Assembly: GCA_001179505.1 (NCBI GenBank)
Contig: CDMY01000466.1
Location: 305,087 to 369,086 of the forward strand
From: Vitrella brassicaformis CCMP3155
Lineage: Eukaryota; Protista; Chromerida
Direction of reading: 5' to 3'
DNA: 64,000 nt
In this document: positions 36,547-48,095 of the stretch, piece after piece
How positions within the stretch are numbered: the first letter of the stretch is position 1
Layout of the letters: every line of letters starts with the position of its first letter
Notes under the pieces: model-generated
Database searches by the model: none
Seen by the model: the letters and a program-made list of their open reading frames with translations, nothing else
Told to the model about the DNA's origin: nothing
Program-made: the position numbers and the translations under genes

Positions 36547-37801
36547 ATGAGTCTGTTTGTCAAAGCGTCGAGCGCGGTGCATCTTCCCTGCTGCCGGTGG
36601 CTCTCGAGCTCTCTCCCGTCTGCCCGACTGACGGCCAGCCCACCATGTGTCCCTCGCTGGCTGCCCCTCCCTCATCTCTCCCCCTTCCCCTTCTGTTCCT
36701 CGTGGCAATGCCTCACTCAGCACCGCCGCTTCACTGGGGCTCGTGATGCTGGCGCTGCCGATGGTGCAACTGCTGAGAATGAGAGTGAGGAGGAGTTTCG
36801 GCTCATCCCTGGCTTCGACGGCCGGTCCAAGACGGGCGCCCAGGTGTCCAATAGAGGCAGAGTGCTCCACGGCGACGGGAAGGTCTCGTGGGGCACGCTC
36901 GAGAAGGACGGCTATCGGCGAGTCAACGTCAACAAGAAGCGCTACGCCGTCCATCGGCTTGTGGCTGAGACCTTCCATCGAGAGCAAAAGGAGCAGCTGA
37001 TCGCACAAGCTGGCGAGATGACGCTGCATGTCGACCACATTGACGGCAACAAGGTCAACAATGCTGCGTCGAACTTGCAGTGGGTGACGCCTGCTCAGCA
37101 CCGCCGCAAGACCGTCGAGAGCGACCTGCCTCGGCCGCGGCCTCTGATGAGCTCTGCACGGCAAGTGACGGCCACTAATAGGACCTCTGGCGAGGTGCTG
37201 ACATTCAGAAGCACGATGCTGGCGGCCAAGCACTTCAAGATCTCCCCCGCTGTCTTCCGCAAGAGCGTCATCCGACGGAAGATGGAGGCTCACATGATGT
37301 ATCCGTCGGTGATGAAGGAGTGGGTCTTTGCTTTCGAGAAGCCGGACAAGATTGAGGGCGAGCGCTTCCGGAGCATTGGCTTCCTGAAGCATCTTTTCCC
37401 GGAGAAGAAGAGGCTGCCAATGGTGTCAAACATGGGTCGGATTCGCCACGTGAATGGGCGGGTGACGTGCGGCACCAAGACCGTGACGGGATACTTGCGA
37501 GTCGAGCTGGCCGGGCAGAGCATCCTTGTGCACCGCATTGTGGCCACCCTGTGGCGCCCTCATGAGCTAGCCAGGTGGAGGAAGGAGGGCTACGCAGATG
37601 ATGACCTCGATGTGCATCATGTGGATGGGAATCCAGCCAACAATGAGGCGTCCAACCTACAATGGATGCCACGTAAGCTTCGAAAGCAGAGAAGCAGGTC
37701 GGGAAGCTGTACTGTACGTGTGATTTTGGTTTGCAGCGAAGGAGCATGCGAAATTGAATGCTGAGGCGCAACGTGCGAAGCGCCGTCAAGAGTCGCGGTG
37801 A
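36547..37801 (+). CDS. Double NUMOD4-like/HNH_3 endonuclease with a central NUMOD1/IENR1-like segment and one spliceosomal intron
   Basis: VSNRGRV...GYRRV...VHRLVAETF...HVDHIDGNKVNNAASNLQWVTPAQH and VSNMGRIR...GYLRV...VHRIVATLW...VHHVDGNPANNEASNLQWMP. Intron 37673-37736 (GTAAG...TTGCAG) gives PKEHAKLN...ESR*. Confidence 0.85.
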
Positions 37802-38173
37802 TGGGGTAGCAGTTACGTATTGACATTCACCGGGGTGGGGGTGGGCTTGTCGATACAAACACTGTCTCCTTCATGGATTGACACGTGATCCATGTGCTTG
37901 TACAGTCACTGAATACGATGCTCGTCTCGCCCACACACCATTCAGCAACAACAGAGAAGGAGAGAATTGATGTGGCCGACCCACATTGTGGTCATGTCGT
38001 CAAGGTCTTTCACTAAAGGGTCACCTCCACTCACTTCTATGCACACACACAAAAATGCCTAAATGCACCTCCCAGCTGCCCCTCCATGGCGCCCATCCAT
38101 CCTCCCGTCCCTCCGCCCTTCGTGTCACACCATCCATCGCCCATCGCTCTCGGCTAGACGCCCATCTATCCAT

Positions 38174-39129
38174 CTATCCCGCCTGATCCACCTCAAATGG
38201 CGAAAAGACAGGATGATGGTGATCCCGCACAAACCCCCGACCGTCGCCCACATCCGTTTCTTGGTCGTCGGCTTCATCCATCAGACTCATGCCGTGAGCG
38301 TCATGCGGCCCAAGCTCTCTCATGCCGGCTGGGCCCACACAGACGGTCACGAAGTCACCCACGCTCAGTCGCCTGCAGGCTGACACAGCCACGGCGGCGA
38401 TGTAGCTGCCGGCGATGACCTTGAATATCGAGTCGGCGATGTTGATGCCGATCATCCGTCTGCAGGCATCGTTCTCCGGGTCGTCAGCTGCAGTAACCTC
38501 GGTCACGCAGAGAGTGCGACTGAACGGGAGCAATCGAGAACGGAGGTATTGGTTATCCTCCTGTGGTGTATGTGCGGGTCTGTGTGTGTGTGCACCTGTG
38601 GTGTGCGTCGGCAGCGAAGAGCAGAGGCACCGACAGTGTGGCCCATCCCGCATAGATACTCAGCAGAGGAATGCTCAGCGCTGCTATGCCGGCGAAGCCG
38701 ATCAATGCACCTGTGCACATCCACCGGAAAGATGGCACATAGAGCCTTCCCCTCTCCATCCATCCGCTGTGTGTGGGCGACGTACCGACGAGCAGCGACG
38801 CAGCCAGTGCAAGGAGCAGCTCGCAGAACAGATGCTGACCCTCGATGTTCGACAGCTGCACACACGCGTCACACACACAAACACACTGAGCACCCACCAC
38901 GAAGCACTCTGCCTCCCCTTCTCTGCTCTCTCACCAGAACATCGTTCTTGACCGCGAATATGCCCTTGGGTGGCCATCCCGTCATCACGAAGTTGTCCAG
39001 AGAGGCCGCGAGGCCGAAGATGCCATAAAGGAGCTGAAGGCCGCATCCGAGTTTGATGCCGAACGCTAAGGAATACCCGCAAAAGCTGCGAGGCAAGTGC
39101 ACGTACTGCCGCAACCGATTGGCGAACAT
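38174..39129 (-). CDS. Hypothetical multi-pass membrane protein (about 5 exons)
   Basis: Hydrophobic exons (GIKLGCGLQLLYGIFGLAASL; ALIGFAGIAALSIPLLSIYAGW; IGINIADSIFKVIAGSYIAAV) separated by microsatellite introns. The 3' end is approximate. Confidence 0.55.
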
Positions 39130-39357
39130 CACATCGTCGGTTTTCCCCCCTTTTCATCGCGAGCTGTCGTGGCGACATTTGCGAGCTTGAAACAATCAGT
39201 TCCTCCCTTGTGTGGGGAAGAACGCATTGCCAAAGGCAAGGGGAATGAAAGGGCATGCCCTCACCATTTTCATGAATCGTTCTTCTGTGTTTGCCTGTGT
39301 TTGCCATGCTCTTCGGGCAGGGGAGAGGAGAGGAGCGCCGGGCTGTGTTCACGTGAG

Positions 39358-39977
39358 ATGCAGCGGCCCTCGATGGTTCTGCGGCATCGGAGGGCGGCCC
39401 TCAGGCGCCTGATGACATCACGCAAGGGAGTGGAGGCCGAGAACCCCGAGAGCAAACCATGTGTGGCGGGGCGGTGGGGAGATCCGCGTGTGGGTGTCAT
39501 GTACCTGTCCGCAGAGAACTCGTACCTTTCATGGACGAGGAACGGCGTCATCACGACTGTCGCGTCCGTGGCGGTCTTCAATCTCTCGCCGAGAGACTGG
39601 TGAGGAGATGCCCCATGAGCGTCTGTTCGTTCTGATGGTGATTTTGTGTGTTGTGCAGGCGCTCTGACCTGGCAGGGCTGTCCCTGTTGTTTTTGGGGGG
39701 GCACTTTATTCTGGTTGGGACGGTGCGGCACGTGTGGTGGTGCGCCCAGCCCATATTCACTGTACACACAAACAGAGAAGGATCTATGGCAAACCTGGTG
39801 GCTTGAATGTGGACGAGCGCATGCCTGGTTTGTCTGTCTGTCTGTCTGTGTTTGTCTGTCAATCAGTTGACAAATGTCGAGAAGGGCACCCACCTGCTGA
39901 CCTCCCTGGGCGTGGTGTTCTTGTGGGGCGCCGCTGCCCTCGGCATCCTCGGCGAAGTGCCCGGCTCCCTTCAGTAA
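39358..39977 (+). CDS. Small membrane protein, DUF202-like
   Basis: MYLSAENSYLSWTRNGVITTVASVAVF resembles the DUF202 motif (LAxERTFLAWxR). Two further TM exons end GEVPGSLQ*. Confidence 0.55.
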
Positions 39978-40557
39978 GGCTGAATGAGGACATAGCTGAC
40001 TGACACCCACAAGTCGGTGTATATGGATGTGTGTGTGTGTGTGTAAACAGGTCGATGCTGCGTCCCCACGTGTCGCGCCGTCTTCTGCGGTCGTTCTGTG
40101 TGCTGGAAAGTGATGATTTCTTTGAGCTCATCGACTGACTGATGAGCAAAGGATGCAGACGGGTGTGGTGGCATGCATTGCTGCAGTCGGTGTAGCCTGG
40201 TTCTTTCTTGGACATGTTCTGAGGGGCCGGGCGGCTGTGTGTGTGCGAATGAGCTTGTATAGTTTGAGGTGTCTGAATGCCTGTACAGACAGACAGACTG
40301 ATATTCCCACTCTGAACTGATCGGTTTGTGACCCCCCAACCAACGCGTGTTATGAGTCCATCCCCTGTTGCCATCTCACACACCACGCGCACAAACACGA
40401 CATGAGTGTCTCTGCGGAAAGGACAGCGGCAGGCGAAACTATGCACAAACGGCCACTTGCCATCCATCGACCCACAGATAGTCTCCTGCACACACGCACA
40501 CACGCACACATGCACACACGCGCACACGGGGGAAATTAATCGGTGGGCAGGTCGCTG

Positions 40558-40588
<31 letters not shown>

Positions 40589-40643
40589 CTGTCTGTCTGT
40601 GTGTCTGTCTCTTCATCCTCACTCCTTCAGCATGGACCCGCCG

Positions 40644-41344
40644 CTACACGCGACCTGCTGACGTCGTCTGTCTTCCGCGGACCGATGCGGGCCGGTTCTC
40701 TTGCCACTGCTGAACCGCCCTTAGTTCTTCGTCTGTCAGACGCTTGCGCCACGTCCCCCAGCCCATAAACCCGCAGATAATCTCCTGCACACACACACAC
40801 ACAGGGGGGTAATTAATCGGTGGGCAGGTCGCTGTCTCTCTCTCTCTCTGGCTGTCTGTGTGTGTGTGTGTGGCTGTCTGATTTGCCATCGCACAGCAGC
40901 AGTCGTCTTGGGGCATGCTGAGGCAGATCGAGCCGCCGATATACCCCCCCATCATGTTGTGCTCAGCTGATGGATGTAACACACACACATTCAGAGAGAG
41001 AGGCAGAGAAGACTGACACGCTTGACGATGCGCGCCAGTCGAACCAATCCCCACCCTTTAGGCCTACACAGATCCCTACGTTTGCTGATCTCGTCCACCA
41101 GGCCCTTGTAGAACTCGGCGAAGGTTCGGTCATCTGTGCAGCACTTGTTGTGAGCGTCGAACATCACACGCAGCTTGTAATCCACCAGCTGCCACCACAC
41201 ACGCACCGCACCAACCGATCGGTCCACTCACTGAGTGTCTGTCTACTCACACCCACCCGATCAAGGGGCCGCGTCTCGACTATATCTCCCAACGCATCAA
41301 TCTGCTGGTGCATGTGGTAGTCACACGTGCGCCTGACAAACACA

Positions 41345-41380
<36 letters not shown>

Positions 41381-41725
41381 CAAGTGCACTCCCTGTCGAG
41401 GACTGTCATGCAGCATACATACATACTGGTAAGTCCAGACCTTCTCAAAGCCGCTGTTGAAGAGTGCCTGGCCGGCGTAGTTCTCGAAAATGGTCACAGG
41501 GGGGAACTTGTGGTTCTCGCTAAGCCAATCGTAGATGAAGGTGTCCATGAGCTCATCCTTGTGCACAATCAGGTTCTGGTAAGACGTCACCCCCTGGTCA
41601 CGGTTCTCGGATATCCGTCGGTCGACCGATCCTTCTGTCTCTCCTGTCTTCCGGCTGATGGCCTTCTTGAAACGGCCAGGGCTACGACGCAGCGCGTTGC
41701 ACACGCGACCCGTGACGCGAGCCAT
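40644..41725 (-). CDS. Hypothetical protein, multi-exon; 3' end ambiguous (may extend to about 40060)
   Basis: Coding-like exons (MARVTGRVCN...FIYDWLSENHKFPPVTIFENY; VWWQLVDYKLRVMFDAHNKCC) with GT-AG introns. Confidence 0.5.
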
Positions 41726-42117
41726 GACACGTGGCACATCGGTGGTTGTTGGGTGTGCGAGAGGGCGGGAGTGGCGAGGCGACGGTCTGACGATGCTGCG
41801 AGAGGGGTGGAAGGCGAGAACCGTCAGCGGAAACACCTGCAGCAGGAGGCTGCCAACAGCAGCCTGGATGCTGTTCAACAAGGTCTTCATTGTTCGCCAA
41901 GGGGGAAGATCTGCAACCCCGGCGCCAAGCTCGCAACTTTCTCGCTCTCGCTGCTCGGAAGTAGCTCGACGAGGCGCATCGGCGATTCACCGATGATTGA
42001 GTGCGGTCTTCCTGTGTGACATTCTCGAGCCCGTCAGAGAGTCGACAAGAGAAGGCCTGACAAGACTCAGCTACGCTCGGGTCAACCGCTCCCTGGACAC
42101 GGCTGGCCTGCGTCGAA

Positions 42118-43952
42118 ATGGCGGCGATGGGCAGCCAGCGTGGGAGTTGCTGCAGTTCGCTGACGAGCTCAATGTGCGCAATCTGCTCAAGGCCATCTGT
42201 CTGCGTGATAGAGGCGCCTCAGGGCGGCTGGGGCGGGGTGCGTGAGGTTCTGCAGCTGGCGGGGCAGTGCCGCAAGCGGCTGCCCATCATGGTCACTGTC
42301 GCCTGCGGTAAGCAAGGAAGGAAGGCTGGCTCACTGACTGACTGTGCGGCCGTCAGGCAGCTTATCATTTTTGGTGTGTGTGGGGATGCATTCATTGACT
42401 GACTGCATGCAGGCATGCTTGGCTCAGCCGAGTGTGTTGGCACAGCCCAAGATGGTGGGCCACCACATCTTTGCCGGCGAGCAACTCAAAGTCTTCCAGC
42501 ACGGTGCCGACACGCAAGGTGGGTGAGCCAGCGGCTGACACAAGGCAGAGCAAGTCAGCCCTCTCTTTTTTTGGATCATTGCAAATGTCTGACTGATTGT
42601 GCCTTCACTTCAGATGTGCGTGTCATTCGTGACGAGGCTGCGTTTCGGCTGACGGTTGACCCACCCCCTTCTGCCACACCCCACCACTACCACCAGCATC
42701 GACAGCCCAATGACCCACCCGTCAGCAGCCCCATCCAGTACACCACGGTGGACCCATGGGCCTCTCCTGGGCGGCAGAAGGAGTGCAACTATGTGGTCAG
42801 TGACCCACCTGTGGCGTATTCCTCTCTGTAGTCGATGCGCCATCGGCCCTCGACACATCGCGCATCGTATCTATCACACCCACACACTCGTCGACAGGTC
42901 AGTCAGGTCCGCACACCGCATAGCATAATACCCTCGTGTGTGCCTTTAATTGTGCAATGTGGCCTGTCTGTCTGTCTGTCTGTCATCCCTGGGTGGGTGG
43001 GTTGATGGATCAATCAGGCACGTTGATGGCGGTCGGCTGCACGCCATCTTGACACGAGCCACTGGAGGGCTGCACGACCACCACAGACTACCGCACACCC
43101 GCCTCAGGCAACGGGGCCCCTGCACGCTTCGAGTGCCAGTTGGTGCTGACCGACGCCGCCCACTCGTTCGTCGCCTGGCTTACCATCAGCGAGCGGGACA
43201 ATCTGCTGGGTGCGTCAGTCAGCACAATGATGGCGCTGCGCAGCCATCATGGGTGTGTGTGTATCCGTCTACTTACCGATGTGCTCGTGTGATTGATGCA
43301 GTGCGTGTTGAGGTCAAGACGAGCGAGATCCCGGTGCGTGACGACTTATGTGCCGTCAAGGACCGCCACCCACAGACGGCCGCACTGCCTGGGGGACCAC
43401 ATCGCACCGCAGCTCTTGGACGTGCTGGCTGGCCTGCCGCACTCACGGACAGCCCAAGCAAGTACGCTGTCCAAGTACACCAACAGCCCATACATAGCTC
43501 ACACGTGTGTGTGTGTGTGTGTGTGTGTGCAGGAGGGGGCGGAGTACAGACAGACATTTTGATGTAGATATCAGGGTCTGGGCGGAGGGACCGTTTGTGC
43601 ATAGTGAGGGAGTATGGGCGTTCGTGTGTGTGCAGTGAGACGCTGGCTACTCCCCTGTGACGTGTGTGCCTCAGCTCATTGCACGGTGCATTGCAAGGCG
43701 TCTGAGTGAACCAGCCAGCTGTCGGTCTGCCACGCAGTGCTGCACGCCAACCGCATTCCGTCTGTCTGCGTCTTCTTTTACTTTGTCCTCGGCTCAGCCG
43801 TGTACGTCTACCGTTACCTCTACATCAAGGTGCAAAAACCAAAAACGGAGAGAGGCATCCTTACATCAAAGTGTCCTCTCGAATGCGATGCGTGGCACCG
43901 ATCACTGACCGAAAAGACCGAGATAGATGTGTGCGGCGAGAGCACTGACTGA
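42118..43952 (+). CDS. Hypothetical protein, possibly OB-fold/Zn-ribbon (RPA1-C/SHLD2-like); contains an in-frame TGA in my reading
   Basis: Exon about 43019-43190 reads TLMAVGCTPS*HEPLEGC...RFECQLVLTDAAHSFVAWLTISERDNLLG. Other exon edges are uncertain. Confidence 0.25.
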
Positions 43953-44316
43953 CCAAAGTGCATGTCGGAACGCGAAGACGATGCTGCCCTACTTTTCGTG
44001 TTCTCATCAATCAGTGGTTGGTCGTTCAGGAGTTGCCACACGTTCACAGGCCCATGAATCCAACACACACCCGACACGCGCGTACAGTACGGCAGCGAAA
44101 AATCGAGAGGGAGAGGGAGAAGTTGACGAGGTAGGTAGAGGGACAGGGAGAGCAAGAGGGAGAGAGATGAGACATAGAAAGATGAGACATAGAGACTAGA
44201 TAGGTTAGAGAGACCGAGCCCCACTGCATTCCTCAGGCCACACAAACAAGGAATCTCACGGACAACACCTAAAATGTCTGGCTCACGCGTCTCACACACA
44301 AGCATCCCCTCTCTCT

Positions 44317-46236
44317 CTACTGTTGGAATGTGGTCTGAAATGGCGCCTCCTCCCCTGACTTGGCGCCCCTGGTGATATCTGGCTCGACTGCCTCAAGCAC
44401 GAGAGTCCAGTCGGGCGTGCCTACCCGCCTTGCTACTACCTTGCCGTCGTTGCGGACAACTAGGACTATCCCCTCCTCCTTGGCCTTGCCCGCACCCTGA
44501 CGCTCCGCGTCTGGTGTGCACACAGGGCAAGGGAGGGAGGGAGGGAGGGAAGACAACCAAGAGAGTGTGTGGACCTGTCGGCCTGTCTGTCTGTCTGTCT
44601 GTCTGCTTGTCTGTCTATCACTTTCCTTGTTCACCTTGTATTTCTTTCCTCAGTGCTGCCCGCCAGCTCTCCTCATCCACAGGCTCGGCGATATACCTGC
44701 AGGTACAAACCACAGATCGATACACACACACACACACACATGTTTTCGACTCTACAGGAAGGCATGTCTAGCTGGCTGACTCACCCCTGTTTCCTCCATG
44801 AGGGCCTCTTCTCACCAAACCCTCCGCCCTTCCCACCCTCCTTGCCGCCCTTGCCCCGACGCATCTCAACTACAACAGAGACAAAGGCAGACAGACCGTA
44901 AATGCCATGTGAGGTCCGTGCTGGATGGGAGGACGGATGGATGTCTACCTGGCACGATGAGGACGTCCTTGTTCCGAAAGAGAGAGCCCTTGATCTGTGC
45001 GGACACCAATGCGTCAGTGACCTTGGCCGTCGGCGCCCCCACGATCACCACATGCTGGCCTGCATCGTCCTGCATGCCACACGACAGAGATTGGCGGATC
45101 TCGTTGCCGGGCCTCATCTATCGATCCCACCTGTATTTCGCCCACTGTCGTTTCCTTGAATGCTTCCGCCCCACTAGCCTTCGTTCCCACAGACACAGCC
45201 AGGGGCAGCGATGCGATCACCTTGGCGCGCCTCGCCAGCTCTTCAGGAGCTATGGCGCCCTCTTTGCGCGTTTCTAGCAGCTCCAACCTGCATGCAAACA
45301 AAGAAACGCGCCACGCACATGTGGTTGTGTGAGCGTCATGCCTTTCCCTTCCTTCTCCCCTACCTGGCCGTGGCGTCGAGTTGCCTCTGCCTCTCGAATC
45401 GGAAGAGCAGCGCCGCCCCCACGAGGACCCCCCCATCCACAGCATAGTTCTGCAGTGCTGTGTTGATGTCCATCTCGCCACCAAGGAGTCCCAGGGTGTT
45501 CGCAGCACCAGCCAACACACCTCCGATGATGCCTGCACGGATGGAGCAAACAAACACCATGCAGTCGCAGATCGTACACGTGCGGGCAGAGGTTTCCTTC
45601 CGTTTCGCATCGTTACATACCGACGATATATATGGCGTATCTGAGATTGCGAAATGGATACGACGCTTCTTCTTTCAGTGTGGTCAGGGTGGTCTTGGAC
45701 ATGGTCGCATCAAAGGGCGCCTTCTCCTTTCCCTTGCCCTTTGTGGTGGCCGCCTTGTCGCTTGCCACGGCCGCCAACACCTTAGACTCGCCAGACATCT
45801 GCGACGGGATGCGAATCGTCCGCTGCCTCTCCTGCGCAATCTGATTCGCCAGCCGCTTCAGCTCAGCGTCGCTGACACCCACGACGTCGAAGTCCACCGT
45901 CACCTTGTCCTGTGTGGCGATGTTGTTAAGGCCGTTGATGGCAACGCTCTCCGGCTTGACGCCCAGCCGCTGGGCGATGGACGTCTGCAGCCGCCTGGCG
46001 TTGCGCTCCAGGAACTTCTCCTCATCGATGTACACCTGCTCTTTGGTCGATGTGGCGGCAAGCAGACTAAGAGGAGGGCTCAGCGGATCATGATGTAGCT
46101 GACGCAGCTGGAGTTGTCTGGCTGATAAGGGCAGGGAAAGCTGATGGACGCGACATGGCGATGAGATGAATGCAGCATCGATGCCTGCTGACAGGTGAAT
46201 CACAGTGAGGAAGAGGCAAGCGAAGAGGGACTGCAT
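44317..46236 (-). CDS. Plastid-targeted LPA1/DUF3493-like thylakoid protein
   Basis: Bipartite leader MQSLFACLFLTVIHLSAGIDA-AFISSP. TLKEEASYPFRNLRYAIY...GGVLAG...NYAVDGGVLVGAALLFRFERQ resembles DUF3493/LPA1. Confidence 0.6.
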
Positions 46237-46362
46237 TATCGGTTCCGAAGCAGCTGCTGCAGATCTGCTCTGTGAAGAAGAATTCACTTGTATTTGACGG
46301 CGTGTCGGCCCCGAACGCGAGGGTCGCAGAAAAAAAGCATTCCCTTCTTCCCCCCCCCCCCC

Positions 46363-46662
46363 NNNNNNNNNNNNNNNNNNNNNNNNNNNNNNNNNNNNNN
46401 NNNNNNNNNNNNNNNNNNNNNNNNNNNNNNNNNNNNNNNNNNNNNNNNNNNNNNNNNNNNNNNNNNNNNNNNNNNNNNNNNNNNNNNNNNNNNNNNNNNN
46501 NNNNNNNNNNNNNNNNNNNNNNNNNNNNNNNNNNNNNNNNNNNNNNNNNNNNNNNNNNNNNNNNNNNNNNNNNNNNNNNNNNNNNNNNNNNNNNNNNNNN
46601 NNNNNNNNNNNNNNNNNNNNNNNNNNNNNNNNNNNNNNNNNNNNNNNNNNNNNNNNNNNNNN
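46363..46662. other. Assembly gap (300 N)
   Basis: Run of N flanked on both sides by tcttc followed by poly-C. Confidence 1.
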
Positions 46663-46709
46663 TCTTCCCCCCCCCCCCCGACGCCTCCCGCAGCACACAG
46701 CGAACAAAC

Positions 46710-47561
46710 ATGAATGCGGTGAGTTCAGGGGCTCGGGAAGACTGGCTCTAAAGGCCCATTCGGCCGTGCTTTCGTCTCCCCCATTTCTGCAGGCGGCGGT
46801 GTTGCTGCAGCTGCTGTCCATCATCTCCTCACTGTTGCTCATCGTATATGCCCTCGTCCTCTTCATCCTTTCACATGTACACTCAATCGGGTATGTATGT
46901 ACCGATGACCGCAGACGGACAGACAGACACACGCACAAAGGGGGAAGAGAGACGTGCTTCTTTCTCCGTGTCTGCGTCTGTTGGTCATCTCAATTGATTG
47001 ACAGCGGGTGGGTGGTGGCGATCTTCCTTATTCTTTTTGGCGTTCTGCTCTTTGTCGCCGACCTCAAGTCGTTCCCCATGTTCGGCTATGTCCTCTTCGT
47101 AAGACACATAGACACAGACAGACAGACAGGCAGGCAGGCAGACACACAGACAGACACGGAGCACATACAGCCGCGGGTGTGCTTGTGTGTGTAGATATAC
47201 ACGTCTATGGGTCGGGGACTGTTCCTGATATTCCTGGGGTGCCTCTGTCTGGGGGGCTGGGCATTTTCAATTGCCGTTGCGGTGATACTTATGGTCACAG
47301 GAGTGCTCTACATGATCGTCGGGAGCCTCCTGCTCAAAGGTGAGTCAGGCCCTCGGTTGAGTGGCAAATGACGGGTACTATGCACTTTTTGCTCACTGCA
47401 TGCAGGCTGTCCCAAGCCGCTGATGCAACGAAATGAGGGTGTGATCCAGCTGGTAATGACGAGAACAACCCCTTAGCCAAAGAATGAATGATACATACAG
47501 GTGATGTGTTATTTGGTACTGCTCGCTGCAGGAATCCAACATCAATTTCGTGGCTGACTGA
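46710..47561 (+). CDS. COPI-associated / TVP15-family Golgi membrane protein
   Basis: Six small exons: MNA|AAVLLQLLSIISS...|GWVVAIFLILFGVLLFVADLKSFPMFGYVLF|IYTSMGRGLFLIFLGCLCLGG...; the GRGLFxIFLG motif fits the family. Confidence 0.75.
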
Positions 47562-48095
47562 ACTGCCTGCCCTCCTGCCTGCCTTGATCAAATGGATCAG
47601 AGAAGGGAGACCAAATCGGTCCCTCGACTCATCTTTTTTCGCTCATCTGCACTCGTACGCTGACTGACCTGGTCTGTCTGCAAATGAAGTTCTGTTGATC
47701 TGACTGAAATGGCGTGCAGTGTGATCGAATCGCTTGGAATGAGCAGACGCAGCAAATTGACACAAACAAACACGATAAGGTCAATCACCCACCCACCCAC
47801 CGACCGGTCGATGCAGCCACATGCACGTAAGTACGGAAGTCAATCAATTGGGTGCCATGGTCTTGACACGTGTCACGCATACACACATCCATCCATCCAT
47901 CTGTGGAGCGAGCGATACACAAAAACGCATACAGTCAGTGATGATAAAGAACACACCGGACGAACCACACCATGTAGCAGCCAGCGAGACAACAGCAGTT
48001 CTCGAACCAGGCAGGCAGGCAGGCAGGCAATCATTCAAACACACCACAAACAGACATACCATCTCATCTCCCTCTCCCCCTCTATACTCACTGTC

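Noticed and set aside
36547-37801. HNH gene as Cas9/IscB or a group I intron ORF
   Set aside because: No RuvC motifs, no flanking RNA structure or host rRNA, and it carries a spliceosomal intron.
45613-46938. 441-aa ORF spanning the N gap
   Set aside because: Artefact of translating Ns. The matching tcttc+poly-C flanks suggest the gap may hide little or no sequence. The real start is probably 46236.
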